Part shown: positions 10,714 through 24,386 of the stretch, one piece after another | How the letters are laid out: each line of letters begins with the position of its first letter | Position numbering within the stretch: position 1 is the stretch's first letter | Source: Podarcis liolepis | Lineage: Eukaryota | Strand: one strand, 5' to 3' | Assembly: GCA_965112155.1 (NCBI GenBank) | Contig: OZ218099.1 | Length of the DNA: 64,000 nt | Made by a program: the position numbers and the translations under genes | The notes under the pieces: generated by a model | Seen by the model: the letters and a program-made list of their open reading frames with translations, nothing else | Database searches by the model: none | Told to the model about the DNA's origin: nothing

Positions 10714-13289
10714 GCCTTCAGCCTCCTGAGCTTTTATCATGGTGGGAGGTTGAATACTGGTGAAGGAGAAAGCAAACAAATGGCTGGGAATCTTTAGGCT
10801 AATTTGGGTGTCGGAAGATGCTCAGAATCAACATGAAATGAAAATAAACACATAGCTCACCCAGTCCCTCCCAATCCTTCATTCTTGTGTTTCCCAAGGG
10901 ATTAGATTAGGTCTCATTCAACGCTTCTTTAAAATGAGTGTTAATCTTTTTTAAAACAAAAAAAACTTTCCCATACAGCTTGCCTACTACCCCATCCCAT
11001 CTCCCATTTGTTCTCTGCTCCTTTTCCAAACTCTTAGGGCTTGACTTCCTTGTACATGTGATTTTTGTAGCAGTGCCTGAGCTTCCTACTCTTACCCAAG
11101 ATTGTTCTCTTGACTCTTTAACATTCTTTGATGCATTCTGCACTTTGCTGTTACCCATGCTTCAATGGAATCTCCTTACCCTTCTGTTATGTTGTCAGTT
11201 ATTCTGTCACACACCCCCCTTGCTATTTTCCTGTGCCACTGAGACAGTCATACCTTCTTTTGATACTTTTCCATTGCTGGCACACTGGGACTGTCTCTTC
11301 TGTATAACTTTGCGCCTCCTGTAGTCCTTAATAGTATTAGCAGCCCTCAAAGATGCCCAGGTGCCCATCTTCTCTATAGCTTCAGTAAGCCCCACAGCAA
11401 CATGATCATGCTCACTCTGTATTCCTGTTCTTAATTGCAATCCTCATCCTTTTTGTCTGCTACTTGTTGATATGTGGATGCCTCCTTCCTTTGGTGGGAC
11501 TGTGAACACCTGGAAGTACCATAAATCATGAGGACTGCTTGGTAGATTCTGGATTATTGTCCAGAAACTTATAAGTAAACAGAAATGCAGGTTAGCATTT
11601 AACTGTGTTAACTGTTGGTTAATCTCCCTCCAACTCAAAGCATCTCAAAGATAGTCAGTTTCTCTTTGCCTGTTTCTCCCTCAGTCAGCTTCCTCTGTTA
11701 CTCCTCTGTTACTCTTCATTCCTCAGTAAATGATGCTTGGTGGTCCTTGCTTTTTCCACGTGTCCCTCTCATTTCTCATTTTGTCTTGCTTACTCTCCTT
11801 CATCTTCTGTGGAATTGAGTTCATAGAAGCAAACATTTTAATCTCTCCTTGCTTATGTTTGCATAAAGAAAAAACATAATCTCCAGAAGGTTGATTTCTT
11901 CAAGTAGCTTTGCAAATTGTTGGGGGCTCACAGCTGTCACTCTGGGATATAAATTAATCTCTTTGCCCTCCACCCTTGAAACTTTGAGCACATTTTTCTT
12001 ACAAATCAAATGCCCGTCTTTGATCGTGCGGCTAACAGCATTTTAATTTTAGACCTAAATTGAATATAATATCCTAATTGCCTTTTCAGATGCTAGGGAA
12101 TCTGTCAGCACCCCTCTTAGAAATTGCATTTGTAGTTTTAAGTTGAGGAAGATGAAAATGCACCTGATCATTGTAAAAAGCAACTGAATTTCAGATGCAG
12201 CTGTATAGATCCCTAGGTGCTGTGAACCTTATGCACAGCAGCAGCAGCTGTTTGCAAACAGGCAATTGATTATTCCTCCAACTGTCATTAAACGCAGTGC
12301 ACTAATTTGGTAAATCTACATGCAAAACAATATCAGAAAGACCTTTGCAAATGAGTCTTTGGCTCCTGATAGGGCAGCAGTTCACTTCCCTCATCTTCTC
12401 ACTGGGGTTAAGCAATATTGGCCTTTAAGAACTATACTTGACCTTTAAACATTTGCTGGCCCCTGAAGTTGAAGCATATTTGAGACTGAATGAAAAATAG
12501 TTTGTATAAAGGTCAAGTTTGCTGTAGGAAAATTCAGCTTGGGTTTTGACAGCCAAGGCTGCTGAAACAGGGCAGGAAGGTAAACATATTCTGTGCTTAT
12601 GGAGGCTGGCTTTACTCAAAATTTCCCTAAGGTTGTTGCCACTGAGGATATAATTGGAATAACTATAGTTGCCTGCATTAACATGGTCAGATGTTGAGGA
12701 GGACAGAACTTTTAATGTTAGGTAAAAGAGGGAGTTCTGTCAGGAAAAGCTTTTATCATGCAGAATTGAGAAAAGCTGTCCCTGCTGAAATTGCCTTGTT
12801 TATATAATTATTGAAAATATTGAAACCTTGGCTTCTTTGGACTTCTGTCATGCTAGTCCAAATAGGTATATTAAAGTCACATTAACTTCTGTTCTGTTTC
12901 CAAGAATCTTAAGGCCTGACTATGTTTACCCTGCCTTAACCTTGTTTGAATGAAGTTAAAAATGAGTAATGAAAGTTGTAACCTGTCAAATCTGGCTGTG
13001 TGAATGGAGCCCTGGGTACTTCTCTGGCACTAACGCACATTTTTCATTAACCTTCTGATCTTGTTCTATAAATAACAGTATTCCTGTTTTATAAATAACA
13101 GAAAATGGGAGGTGAGAAGTTGTGGGAACAGAAGACTGAAGTATGACTTAAGTTGTCAGTTGTCAGATACATACGTTGGAGCTGCTTCTGATTTGGGGAA
13201 GATGTTGAATAGTTTGGGACAACAGTGCACAGATAACTGTGGAGAAGATAAATTTGCTGCTAGGGTTACTACTCTTGAGTTTATTTATC

Positions 13290-13505
13290 ATGTTATTTAT
13301 TCATTCCATTTATATGCCACCTTTTTTCGAAGGAGTTCAAGGTGGCATAGCTGGTTCTCACCTCTCTTTAATCTTCAATAACCCTGTGAGTTAGGTTAAA
13401 CTGAGACTAGCCCAAGGTCATCCAGTGAGTTTCATGGCCAAGTGGAGATTTGAATGCTGGTCTCCCAGGTCCTAGTCTCACACATTAAGCACTATGACTT
13501 CACTG
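13290..13505 (-). mobile_element. Old tRNA-derived SINE remnant (MIR/Squam2-like)
   Basis: AACCCTGTGAGTTAGG..CCCAAGGTCATCCAGTGAGTTTCATGGC..GGAGATTTGAA..GGTCTCCCAGGTCCTAGTC; related pieces at ~31110-31290 (-) and ~62015-62140 (+). Confidence 0.6.
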
Positions 13506-14479
13506 GGATAGATAGCTTTCAGTTAAAAGCTGTAGACGGTAGAAGTTATTGTTCTCCCTTTGCTAGTAGTGCAGCCAGCAGCTGGCTTTGAAAGTTGGTT
13601 GCCAAATCATTTTCAAGGTGCATATTTGCCAGTTATTGTAGGATTCCAAAATCAGGGCCTGGAGCATGCATATTCTGTATTTGGCTACCCACCATCTTTC
13701 AATAATTCTGTTTAGAGTGGGCTATGCTTAGTTGTATTTTATTATTGTTATGCTTAGACATTACTATGTTGGTGATGCCCATCTCTCCTCCCTGTATCTA
13801 GATTAACATCTGCTGTCATTAACTTAATAATAATATAGCAATAATTTATTATTTATACCCCGCCCATCTGACTGGGTTTCCCCAGCCACTCTTGTCTGTC
13901 TCTGTTGCTCGTTTGTCTGGATATGTCTTTGGATAACCAAAGGGTTAGCAGAATAAAGAGAGTCAGAAAGGGAAAGTAGGATCATAAATATGTGTGATAA
14001 AAAAAAATCCTCCTAGATATGGAAAAATGCAAAGCAGATAAAGTGAACACAAGAGAGTTTTGTTTTAAATTTAAATGAGATTAGAAGTTGCTCCAGGAAC
14101 CAAGATAGTGAGCATGGCTAAAGCAAAATCAAAAATACCCAACCCTAAGAAGTATGTGTTGATCAAAGCACACAGTGCTAGTTTAACCCCTCAATCAGAG
14201 TAATTGAGCCCTTGTTGAATCTTGAAATGTCTGAATGCAACTCTTTGGTAGCTTTTTGCTGGGTGATTGCACAGACAAAAATGTAGAGTAGTTTCACTGG
14301 ATCCATCTACCAGCTGCTTTTTGGATACCAGAGACCAAGCAATTTCAAATGGAAGCTGCATGAGTCATGGGGTAGGAGAGAGAGAAAATATGTGGTGTTC
14401 GGTGACCTCTGAATATGGCCAAACAATGCTTTCAAAGTGGCATTTTTATACTGATGCTCTGCTAAATAAATAAATAAAA

Positions 14480-15400
14480 TGTTTACATGCTGTCTTCAGA
14501 CAGCAAACTCGCAGAACAGCTTGCAAGATAATAGAACAAATCCAACGCTGATATAGCTGTTGATGATTAAAGATATGTAAAGTAATACAGCAGAGCACAA
14601 AAATGCAGAGTATCCAAAACCAGCAGAGAACAGTTAAAATCACCAGGTTAAAATCATCTAGCTGACATCCTGGAAGACCTGGGCATATAAAAATGTCTTC
14701 TCTTGGCACTGGAATCGGGCTAGGTGAGCCGCCCTGGGAAGGGCGTTCCAAATGTGGGGGCACCACAGCTGAAAAGGCCCCCTCTCCAATTACCACCCTG
14801 CTACCTTCAGAAGAAGGGGGCTTGAAGAAAAGCCTCAGGTGACAAATGCCAACCGTTGGGGAGGCTCATGTGGAAGGAGGCAGCCCTTTAGGATCATAGA
14901 AAGTTGCCATTAACTGGGTCAAGCCATTGGTCCATCTAGCTCAGCTCTGTCCACACTGATAGGCAGCCGTTCACCAGGGTTTCAGACAGGAGTTTCTGGA
15001 GATGCCAGGGATTGAACCAGGGACTTTCTGCATGCAAAGTAGATTCTTTACCACTGCACTATAGCTTCATTCCCCTTAGAAACCCAGGTCCCCAGCCATT
15101 TAGAGCTTTAAAGGCCAGCACCACCACTTGTGCCCAGAAACTGACTGGCAGCCACTGTTAGCTGGACAAGCAACTTACAGTTTTCTTCATTCATTCATTC
15201 ATTCATTTAATAAAACTTAGGCACTGCTTGATTGTAAGCAACCCTCAATCTTCTTATAGCCAGTCTCAGTTAGCAGCATAGTCACTATATTTTGAAATAA
15301 CTAAAGTTTCTGAGAAGTTTGCAAAGTAGTTGCCTGTGCAGTGCAGTAGTTTAATTTAGAGACTACTGGAACATGAATAACTGTATTTGGGCCAGTAGGG
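14480..15400 (-). mobile_element. Degenerate L2 LINE 3' end, interrupted by a Squam3-like SINE
   Basis: Reverse complement reads CAGTGGCTGCCAGTCAGTTTCTGGGCACAAGTGGTGGTGCTGGCCTTTAAAGCTCTAA (the WLP region of L2 ORF2) and a GEGAFSAVVP-like segment. Boundaries approximate. Confidence 0.6.
14893..15075 (-). mobile_element. Squam3-like SINE
   Basis: CCATTGGTCCATCTAGCTCAG...GGAGATGCCAGGGATTGAACCAGGGACTTTCTGCATGCAAAG is the reverse complement of the head/body at 6611. Confidence 0.75.
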
Positions 15401-15562
15401 ATTGAAGCTGATGGCAGGAGGTGCATAGTGTGACCTCCAGCGACAACACTAGATCTATTGGCACCCTCAAAATACAAACTTGATTCTTCAGGTGGGTGTA
15501 ACCATGCCCAGAATGGGTATTTTCACAATTTGGCTTCGAGTGTATTGCTTCTTTCCTGGTCC

Positions 15563-15587
15563 ATTATTATTATTATTATTATTGTTA

Positions 15588-15637
<50 letters not shown>

Positions 15638-15646
15638 AATAATAAT
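15563..15646. repeat. (ATT)n/(AAT)n microsatellite
   Basis: Direct reading. Confidence 0.95.
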
Positions 15647-17376
15647 ATTTTGTAAAGAACAATTATAGCAACAGAAGAAAATTAAAAGATGAAAAACAAA
15701 GCGATAAAATAGGCACATAGAATGAATACAGTTTCACATGGGTTAAAACAAAGTCCAAGTAAAGACCATCAGTGTTATCAGATTATGAAGTATAGTTCCA
15801 GATTTGCCATACTTGTGACAAGGGTTGTCATGAAAATGATGGTTCTGCTGACCTAGTCCGTTATTGAGCCTTAACACTGGCCAAGTTAGCTTGTGATCCT
15901 AAACTGTGGTTTATCACTATGTACATGAGCTGCATCCAACATAATTAAACAAGCCAACTTCATAGCCAGTGTTTTGAAGTTGGTTTGTTTGGAAACTAAG
16001 CAGAGTTGGCCACTGAAGTACAGGAAAATTAGAAGGGCCTCGCTCTCCCTGTCCTTTCACTTGTGTAGGTGATCAAAGCTTTTTCAGTGTCAAAACCAAG
16101 AGTGAAGCTAGATTGAATGGATCTAGATTTTTCATATGTTGGAGCTGGCAGAGGAAGAAGCAGGAAGTAACTTTTCTCTTTGTTTAGAAAGATGACTACA
16201 ATTATTGGAGTCATCCTTTTCAACGGGACCTATTAAGTGGAAAATGTTTACAGGAGGCACACAGTCCATACTTTCCACACAGGCCAATCTCCCATTCAGT
16301 TTCTAGATAATCCAAAAGCAAGGGTAAGTGCAGGGCTTTAAATATAATGGGACTTTTCCTTCATGGTCTTTTATTAGTTGCTGCTTCCTCAGGTATTCAG
16401 GTCTGCCATATTTTTAGATGTTAAAACGTGTAGTGCATTACATATTCAGATATGTGCATAACTACTACTTTGTGTAGTTTTAAGGGAAATTGATTACTTT
16501 TTAGTGAAAGCGTTTCTGCCAGGGATGGGAAGCGCCTAGTCATGCTGGGGGAGTTGTATCTGAAGCTGGAGAAGGCAATAATTTACACATCCTTTCCACA
16601 GGATCCCCACACACAACTAATGGGAATGCTGCAGTTATTGTCTTGTATTGGTATTCTGAAGTTGTTTGCCTCACATGGGAAAAAATGAGTATAGTATTGA
16701 AGATGATTGATATGTAAACACAGGGACTGAAAAACAATTGAAGCTTTTTTGTTTGATTCTGTGTTTCTGATTCTATGGCATATTTCTCATTGAAAACTAG
16801 AAAGTAACTTAAAAATGAGAACTAGAATTCACAGGATTCTTTAAAAGAAAGAGAAAAACTGAATTATTGGACACAAAAACCAAAATTTTGTGCATACAGC
16901 ATGGAGGGGGGATGGGTCACTTTTGCTTTACAGTTATGCACCAGGAAATCCTCTCTCCCATGGTAGAGGTGCAAGGTATCACCCAGTGTGTGTGCCATGC
17001 TTGATGGTGTAAATGCAAGAGTTTCTCTTTGGATCTGTTTAGTTAGTCTACTCCCCTTCTCAACTTTGTTCTTTCCTCCAGTAGAGGGCCTTCTTATCAG
17101 TTTGGAAACTTCTCTTTCTTGGAATAAGTAGAATGCTAAAAATAAAAATTATCCAAGTGAAAACCAACTAGGATACTTAGATACGTGGAAGGGAGAGGGA
17201 ACAAAGTCCTACCATGTCTACTCAGCAGTAAATCCTACTGAGTTCAATGGCGTTTACTCCCAGATTAGGACTGTAGTTTTAAAGCATGGTTAGGATTACA
17301 TCCTAAGTGTGGTTAAGCATCTTAATACTAACAAGTACAGAACATAAACATAATGAGTGCCAAGTCAGTCTATGCA

Positions 17377-17426
17377 TTAAATAAAATATTTATTGAACCA
17401 TTTAAATAAAATATTTATTGAACCAT
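17377..17426. repeat. Perfect 25-bp tandem duplication
   Basis: TTAAATAAAATATTTATTGAACCAT x2. Confidence 0.9.
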
Positions 17427-17634
17427 ATAGATACTATAGAGGGAACTTTATCCATATTTTATTGGCTTATTGGCTTGTGTATCTCCTTCTGTTCCATGGT
17501 ATTGAACTCAGTACATAAGAATCCCAAACTTTATACTACTAAAGCTCTTTTTGGAAGGTCACTTCTTCTCTTCTTTCATAATGTGCTTCTCTTTTGTTAG
17601 CCACAGAGGGAAATGTTAAGAGTTCCCATTGGTT

Positions 17635-18215
17635 CAGTGCAGGCAAAACCAATCAAAATAGCCAGATTGTTGACCAGGGCTGGTTATAGGAAGCACATTG
17701 CTACAACACTTCCACTGGCTACCGATCTGTTTCTGGGCACAGTTCAGCATTTTGATTATAAAGGCCTACAGGGCTTAGGTCCAAGCTCTCTGAAAGACCA
17801 TATTCCCTCATAGGAACCTGCCCTTCTTTCAGTTTCTCTGCCCTCTCAGGCACAGTTGGTAGAGATGCAGGAACAGGACTTCTCGGTAGCTGCTCCCTCC
17901 CTGGAGAAGCTAGCCTGGCCTCCTCTTTGTTGGTCTTGCCGCAGCAGGTGAAGACTTTCTTGTTCCAACAGGCTTTTGGGAACTGACTGCTTTTAATGAA
18001 AGGGGTTGTGCCGTGCTTTTTAAATTGCAATTATTGATATGTTTTAAATAGATTTTATATATGTATATGGTTTTAATTCTATCCATGTTCAATTGTTTTT
18101 GTATGATTCCCCCCCTCCCCCTATGTTTCTAGCGGTTCTTATTTTATATGTAAGCTGCCTTGAGTTCTGTTAGGGGAAAAGGTGTAGTAGTAGTACAGTA
18201 GTAGTAATACTAATA
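17635..18215 (+). mobile_element. Degenerate L2 LINE 3' end
   Basis: CTTCCACTGGCTACCGATCTGTTTCTGGGCACAGTTC (HWLP region), T-rich 3' UTR, TGTAAGCTGCCTTGAG terminal motif, (TAG/TAA)n tail. Confidence 0.7.
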
Positions 18216-18364
18216 GAATGGAAAAGTTAGCTATATTATTATTTTGCCGCATCTCAAGTTTGAAAAATGCAGAGCACAAGCTAAACAAAAATGTCAGCTT
18301 GGTCAGAAAGATGATAAAATGAGATCTAGGAGCTTAGTTTTCAGATGTGCTCTGAGCCAGTCTT

Positions 18365-18530
18365 AGGAGCTTAGGAAGCAGCACAGTCAGACCACACTGG
18401 TTCTGCCTAGCTCAGTATTTTCTACACTAGCTGCCTATGGCTCTCCCAGGTTTCAAGCAAAAGCTTTCGCCAGCCCTACCTGGAAGTAACAGGGATCGGT
18501 TCTCTCGCATGCAGTGCTCCATCACTTTGA
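18365..18530 (-). mobile_element. Squam3-like SINE (degenerate)
   Basis: TAGGAAGCAGC..AGTCAGACCA..CTAGCTCAGTATTTTCTACACT..CTCTCCCAGGTTTCAAGCA..CCAGCCCTACCTGGA. Confidence 0.65.
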
Positions 18531-20149
18531 AACTTGAAGCTAGTCAAACACTAGTCGATGGAGCAGGTGTGGAGGGGCATGACTAAAAAGCTTTAAACCT
18601 CATTTGCTTTACTAGCTTCAGGCTTGAAGATGGGCTTAGAGTATTTTGAACACATCGTGGGCTCTTCTCATACACAAAAGCCCCAGAAATCTGAATTTGA
18701 TTGATAGCCTTTGAGAACCATGAGAATGACTTCTTTGCTTTTTATTGTAGAAGAGGAATTTAGAGCACCTGGCTTGGACTCATTCTTTTCAGATTCATGA
18801 GCCCTCTTGTCTGAACCTTGAGTGAGGCCTAGTTTTTACTGAGGTACTAAATGTGGGTCTTGGATCACTTTATAGTGCAAGTGAAGTTTTATACGGCTGT
18901 GAATGCTGTATGATTGCAAATAGTTCTAGCCATTCTGCCCCCCCCCCCAAAAAATTCTATAATTATTATTATTTGGTATAGAGTAGTAGTCAATCAAGTG
19001 ATGCAGCCTAGGCTTACCTAGGCCTTACATAGTTTTGATTCACAAACTGTAGAGGGGAATGTTTTACGGCACGGAGCAAAGAAAATACAAAGAAGAGAAT
19101 GAAAACCCAAGGATCAGTAAGATACTTTTTAAGGAAAAAGGTTAGCTGCATTTTCTAGAAGTTACCAAGCAGTTTCCATGAAAGCTAAAAGGCAGTGAAC
19201 TGTCCCGTGTGTTTTTAGCTGACAAAAAGAAAAGTGTCTGAAAATGGATTGCTAGAGAAGAATTACGGATTCAGAAAGAAGATTCCTAACATGCCACCGG
19301 GGGTGCTGTTTTCTTTTTTTTATTCAGGTATGTAGGAAGAACAAACAGGAATGTGGTTTCTTTCAGCCGTACCACAACTTGAGAGAACACAGAATTCAGT
19401 GTGTGCGTTTCCCTTGACCACCATAGGATAAAAAATGACTAGGGATGGGGAAATTTGAGCCCCAAATGGGACACTGTTAAGTAAGGCGTCCCAAAGGCAG
19501 ATTATCTGATGACCAAACACTTTTTTCCTTTTCTACAATTTGCTCTCCCAAGACGGCATTTGAATAAATTAGTGATATTAAAGATAGAGATTCCATTCAC
19601 ATGTTGGAGTGGTTTAGGCATTTGCACATTACGGTTGCTGTATAATTCTCGCTTTCATGTTAAAGAGTGCCACTCTGGGAGAGACTTTCCAGGCAAAAGT
19701 ACTTTAGATCTTATTAGCATCTCATTTTATTCAACTTCTTAGTGACCTGCCACAGGGGGAAGTCTCAGAAGTTGCCTCCTGCAGTTAGCATTGTCAATTT
19801 AAAGTGTGTGTGTGTGAGCGCGTATGTGTATCACTTTGAGGCAATGGCTTTGTGGATTGCAATGCTGTTGCAAAGCTTATTCCTACACTGGGTAGGCTGG
19901 CTGATTGAGCTGTGGGGAAAAGTTAATGCAGAGGTGTGCTAGTTTAGAATTTATGCCAGAATTCTGCCAGATCCTTGCAATATACGTCATACAGAATAAT
20001 GTTGTGCCTTCTGAAAAGTTGTAGAACTTGAGATACACTTCTGAGGGACAAGGCTGCTTGGCTTGCATATATGACTTGTTTATGCACGTTATCAACCTTA
20101 AAAAAAAGTGTGTGTAGAAATAATGTAAATAGAGGATTAGTTTATGAGT

Positions 20150-20310
20150 GGTTTTTAGCCATGAAAGTTAAGTGGGCTCTCCATGTTCAGGCCAAACAAA
20201 TGACTATCACCTCCTGTAACTTGCTATGAGCCTTCATAAGTATCTGGCTAGCTGAGACCGAAAACAGAGTGCTGAACTAGATGGCTTGGAATGATCCAGC
20301 AAGAAAATGC
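20150..20310 (+). mobile_element. CR1-type LINE 3' UTR remnant
   Basis: CTCCATGTTCAG..TATCTGGCTAGCT..AAACAGAGTGCTGAACTAGATGG..TGATCCAGCAAG; similar remnant at ~45145-45340. Confidence 0.45.
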
Positions 20311-20946
20311 ATATGTCCACAAGTGAAAGTTTTCAAATAAAATGAGGGAGCAGGCCATTGTAAGTCAGAATTTTCTACGCCTGAGAGAATGACACAGCTA
20401 ATGCGTAAAGCAGAGGAAGGAATGCATAGAATGTCATTTCCCCTGCTGGATAGGGTAACCTAGTAATCTCATCAGCAGGTTGTGGTTATTTAGAGACTCT
20501 GGAACCGCATGTAACATGGCAGGATTGACTCAGCTCTTCTTCCAAGGGAAAAGGGAGAGCACAATACAGCTTGCTGTTAGGAGGCTCTTTGAAGAAAACC
20601 TTTGAAAGAACATTCATCCTTAATTTCTTTTTGGAAGAATAAAGTTCTCAACCCGCATTCCTGCAGTTATCTGCCAGGCCTAATAACGTTAGCTTGCTTA
20701 CTGGTGGTCTGCTTTCTACATAAAGTAAAATTACTGCCAACACCGGGGCTTCCCTTACCATCCCTGTGTGTGGCACCTGTGCCGTGCAAGGATGTCTTTA
20801 TAAATGCCTGTGGCTCAGTTGTTCAAGAAATGTAAAAAGGTCAAACATAGTTGTCATTCTGTTGCACATAGATTTTGAGGAGTACCTTGGGACGGTTATA
20901 AAAACATTCTTAGATGCTTAATCATCTTTGGCAAACTTAGTTAGTA

Positions 20947-21068
20947 GATGTGATGAACCAGGCTCTTGCCTACGAAATCTCACTTTAACAAATGTGCTGG
21001 CATTTAAGGAGCCACAATATTTTATTGTTTTTCTGCTTCGGCAGGCTAGCATGGCTACTCTTCTAGAA
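20947..21068 (+). mobile_element. Decayed Neptune-type Penelope pLTR remnant with broken hammerhead
   Basis: GTGATGAA..AGGC-TCTT-GCCT-ACGAAA followed by TTTAAGGAGCCACAA..TTGTTTT..GCTAGCATGGCTACTCTTCTAGAA; same layout as 44189-44423. Confidence 0.5.
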
Positions 21069-24000
21069 TTTTTATATCTTTGCAGCAAACTTACTCAGTG
21101 CCATTAGGCAAGCCGTGAGCACTCAACCCCAGACCCCATTTGCTATATGAGGATAATAATGCTGGCCATCCTTACAGGGGTGTTGTATACTGAAGGAATG
21201 CATGTGGTGCACCTTAAGCACAAAAGTATTTTTAAAAAATAAATGCTGATTATTATAATGTGACTGTTTGCTAACCTAGAAGGACTTCACCATAATTTCA
21301 CATGTTATAGGAGCAGCATGAAAGAACATTAGCCTCTCAGCTTGGTGCAAAAGGGGAGGAGACAGGCTTTACTAGCATCATTTGACAACTGACAGCTTAA
21401 GTATCCTAGAAGAAGCCTGGTGATCTCTGCCAGGTAACTTGTTTACTCCTGATTCAGTGACCTAGGCTCTGGAGTGCAGTGCCTGCTCTTGGACGTCCTA
21501 CACCTACAAGCGTTTCTCCATTTCAACTCAGTGCTGAGGAACTGGGCACACAGCATCCTGTGCCATTGAAGTGGCGCAGGGGACTATGAATTGGCACAAA
21601 TAACTTTGCCACAGCTGGCAACAATATTAAGAAGTAAAAGTCTCAGTGGAACTTAGCAGAATTTTGTAGCTCTGAGTCTTGCACCCTTCAGGATATTTTT
21701 GCATTTAATTTGCCCCACAAATACTTTTTTGCAGGAGAGCTTGTGAGGGACAAATATCAAGTCCTCAAATGAATCTTTCTCTGCCCATTCTTAGTTCCAA
21801 AGAGTAGAAGCTGTTCCGTTAAGTATTTATTTTTTTAAACTGACCTGGTCAGCAAAACCCCAGTAGGAAGATGCTCAGTTGGAATTTCAGCTTCATAAAC
21901 TGTCTTCAAATCCATCTGTGGCATCTTTCTCTCTCCCTGAAATCTAATGGCCCTGAAGTGCAAGGCTGCTTTAATAACATCTGTTCCCCCTGAATTACTG
22001 GAGAAAAGTATTGATATAGCCATATTGTCAAGAAGTAATTTTAATCATGTTTTGACAGGGCAATTCTTTACCACAGCGTTGTCAGTAAAAATGTTTATGT
22101 TACTTCGCTGTTATTATCCTTCGTAGTGGCATGGTAAAACATTGCACATGTGCTGGAAATGAAGGCAGTGCTTAGGATTTTATGATTTAGTATTTATGGG
22201 AATTCCTTTGCGGATTGTCATCTTTTCCAAAGGATAATAGCATCCTGTGGTCTTGTCATCAAGTGCAATTTTCTCCTAATAGCTCTTGTGATTAAACCAC
22301 AAACAAAACTATTTTCCACAGTTTTGTTCTTTCCTTCCTCATTCCTAGAAGAAGAAAAACAGGGTGGTGGTGGTGAATGGTATCTAGTCATTGGTACCTT
22401 AGAGAACCCCTGCCCTGTATGTTATGATTTCTTATGGTGGTGGCTTGTGAGATAATGTTGTACTTGGGGATTAAAATATGCTTATACTGCTTTTGTTATG
22501 ATGAAACCAGGCGTATTTTGGAAAATCTGAAAATGCACAGAAGCAGCAGAAAAAAAGCAGGCCTTTGTTCTTAGGGTTTGCCAAATCAGGACCCAGAGGT
22601 TATGTGGGTGGTTTTAAATCCCCCATTGCCGTGAGAAAAGAGGTAGCCAGAGCTGCTTCTGCCTGTTTGTGTTCAACCAAAGGTGAACTGTCCTGGAAGA
22701 TAGTAGTCAAGATAACCCCACAATTAATTGGTAGTTGTTGCAGCAATGAGCTCATATATGTTTATACTCACTTGCATTGATACAAGTTAATGGGCTTGCT
22801 TTGATGTAATCCTTATCTGTGGGCTTGGGGTGCTGGGCTCTGAGCCAGAAAAGGGGAACTATCTGTCAGACTTGGGTAGTTGCCACCCATGCCCTCATCT
22901 GGGCAGGTGAAGCAACGGGAAGGCCTAGACAAAGTGACGTTTGCTGCTTTGTGTATAAAGAATGTATGCATGTTTGTTTGGGCATGGACAAGCCATCTCC
23001 TTTCTGTGGTGTCCATCCCACGTCTGCAAAGGCTGAGGGTGCTTACCTTTTTCCTCTCTTGAGAAGTACATAGAGCTAATGCAGGAAGTTGGAAGAGTTA
23101 TTGGAAGAGCTCAGATTAATTTTACTGGATCCAACGTTTACCGGCATTGCTTGGAAATGTAAGGCATGTGTGTGCATGTGCACGCTTTCTCTTTCTATGT
23201 CTCTGTGGGAGGGGCCCCCATCCAGGAAGGTGGGAGTGAAGGGATCGGAGGATGGTACCCATGACCCTTTCTCAAAAGTCCTAATGTCCCCATGGGCCTA
23301 GAAAGGTTTGTGATATATGACTTGTGCAATTCGGACTAGATGTAATGCCATCTGTTTCTAGATAGCAATATATAAGGGAGGAATTGAGAGTAGTTGTAGT
23401 AAGGATGAACTGCTCCATTTGTGTTGCATAGCGTATCACTGTAGTTACATCCAGCACGGTTAGCTGTGATGGTGTGTTCACAGCAGGGTTTCTGTACAAT
23501 TGGTGTGTGAATCTCTGCTGCCCTTAATATTCTTTTTCTCTCAATATACTTGGTTCAGTGGACAGTAAGAAAAATGCTTTGAATTAACCAAGGATACTGT
23601 TCTTAAAAAAAAAAAGGAAAGCACAAGAGTTCTAGGAATAAGTGTTCTTAGAAATAACTTGGGCCATGTCTGCCTTAAAGTTTATATGGAGTACAATCTG
23701 ATTTCCATGCACATCTGACCTGTGCACAGATGTGCATTCACCCTTATGCACCATAGCAGAGAGTTAATTGATGTAGATGCAATGGGTTGGTATGTAACAT
23801 GGCATCTGGCATACTGCTTCCTCTCGGGAATCATTTGTTTTGCAAACAACTTCCACACCTGCATGCAAATACTGTGAGAGGAACGCATAGGCTTTTTTTC
23901 GTGTTATGTAGAAACAATGCCACTTACCATGAGCTCTGACCATTGAGATACTTGCACACCCACCCACTTCGTATGTACCAGCGGAATTGGGTTTGTGCAA

Positions 24001-24180
24001 AAAAATAAACCTCCAGAGTGGCTTCTTGTGCTTCTGGAGTGTGCTGGGGCATATCCTGATGTGGATCCTCTAGTTTAAACAGGCAGTGGTTCATTGGTTT
24101 GGGCACTGTAATAAAAGGTCATGGGTTGAGGAGAATTGTGCCAAGGTGCCATCTTTAATCAATAGTGCCACACTCCCCTC

Positions 24181-24386
24181 AAGGTAAATGGCGTTTCCAT
24201 GTGCTCTGGCTTCTGTCACGGTGTTCTGTTGCGCCAGAAGCTGTTTAATCATGCCGGCCACATGATCTGGAAAGCTGTCTGTGGACAAATGCCGGCTCCT
24301 TTGGCCTAAAGTAAGATGACCGCTGCTTCCCATAGTTGCCTTTGACTGGACTTAACCATCCAGGGCTCCTTTACCTTTTTTTTACC
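24181..24386 (+). mobile_element. Older, 5'-truncated Sauria SINE
   Basis: AAGGTAAATGGCGTTTCCATGTGCTCTGG...GACTGGACTTAACC..CTTTACCTTT; more diverged than the other copies. Confidence 0.8.

Noticed and set aside
15458-15718. Poly-I/L/N ORFs (similar ones at 58113-58475 and 59691-59988)
   Set aside because: Translations of microsatellites.
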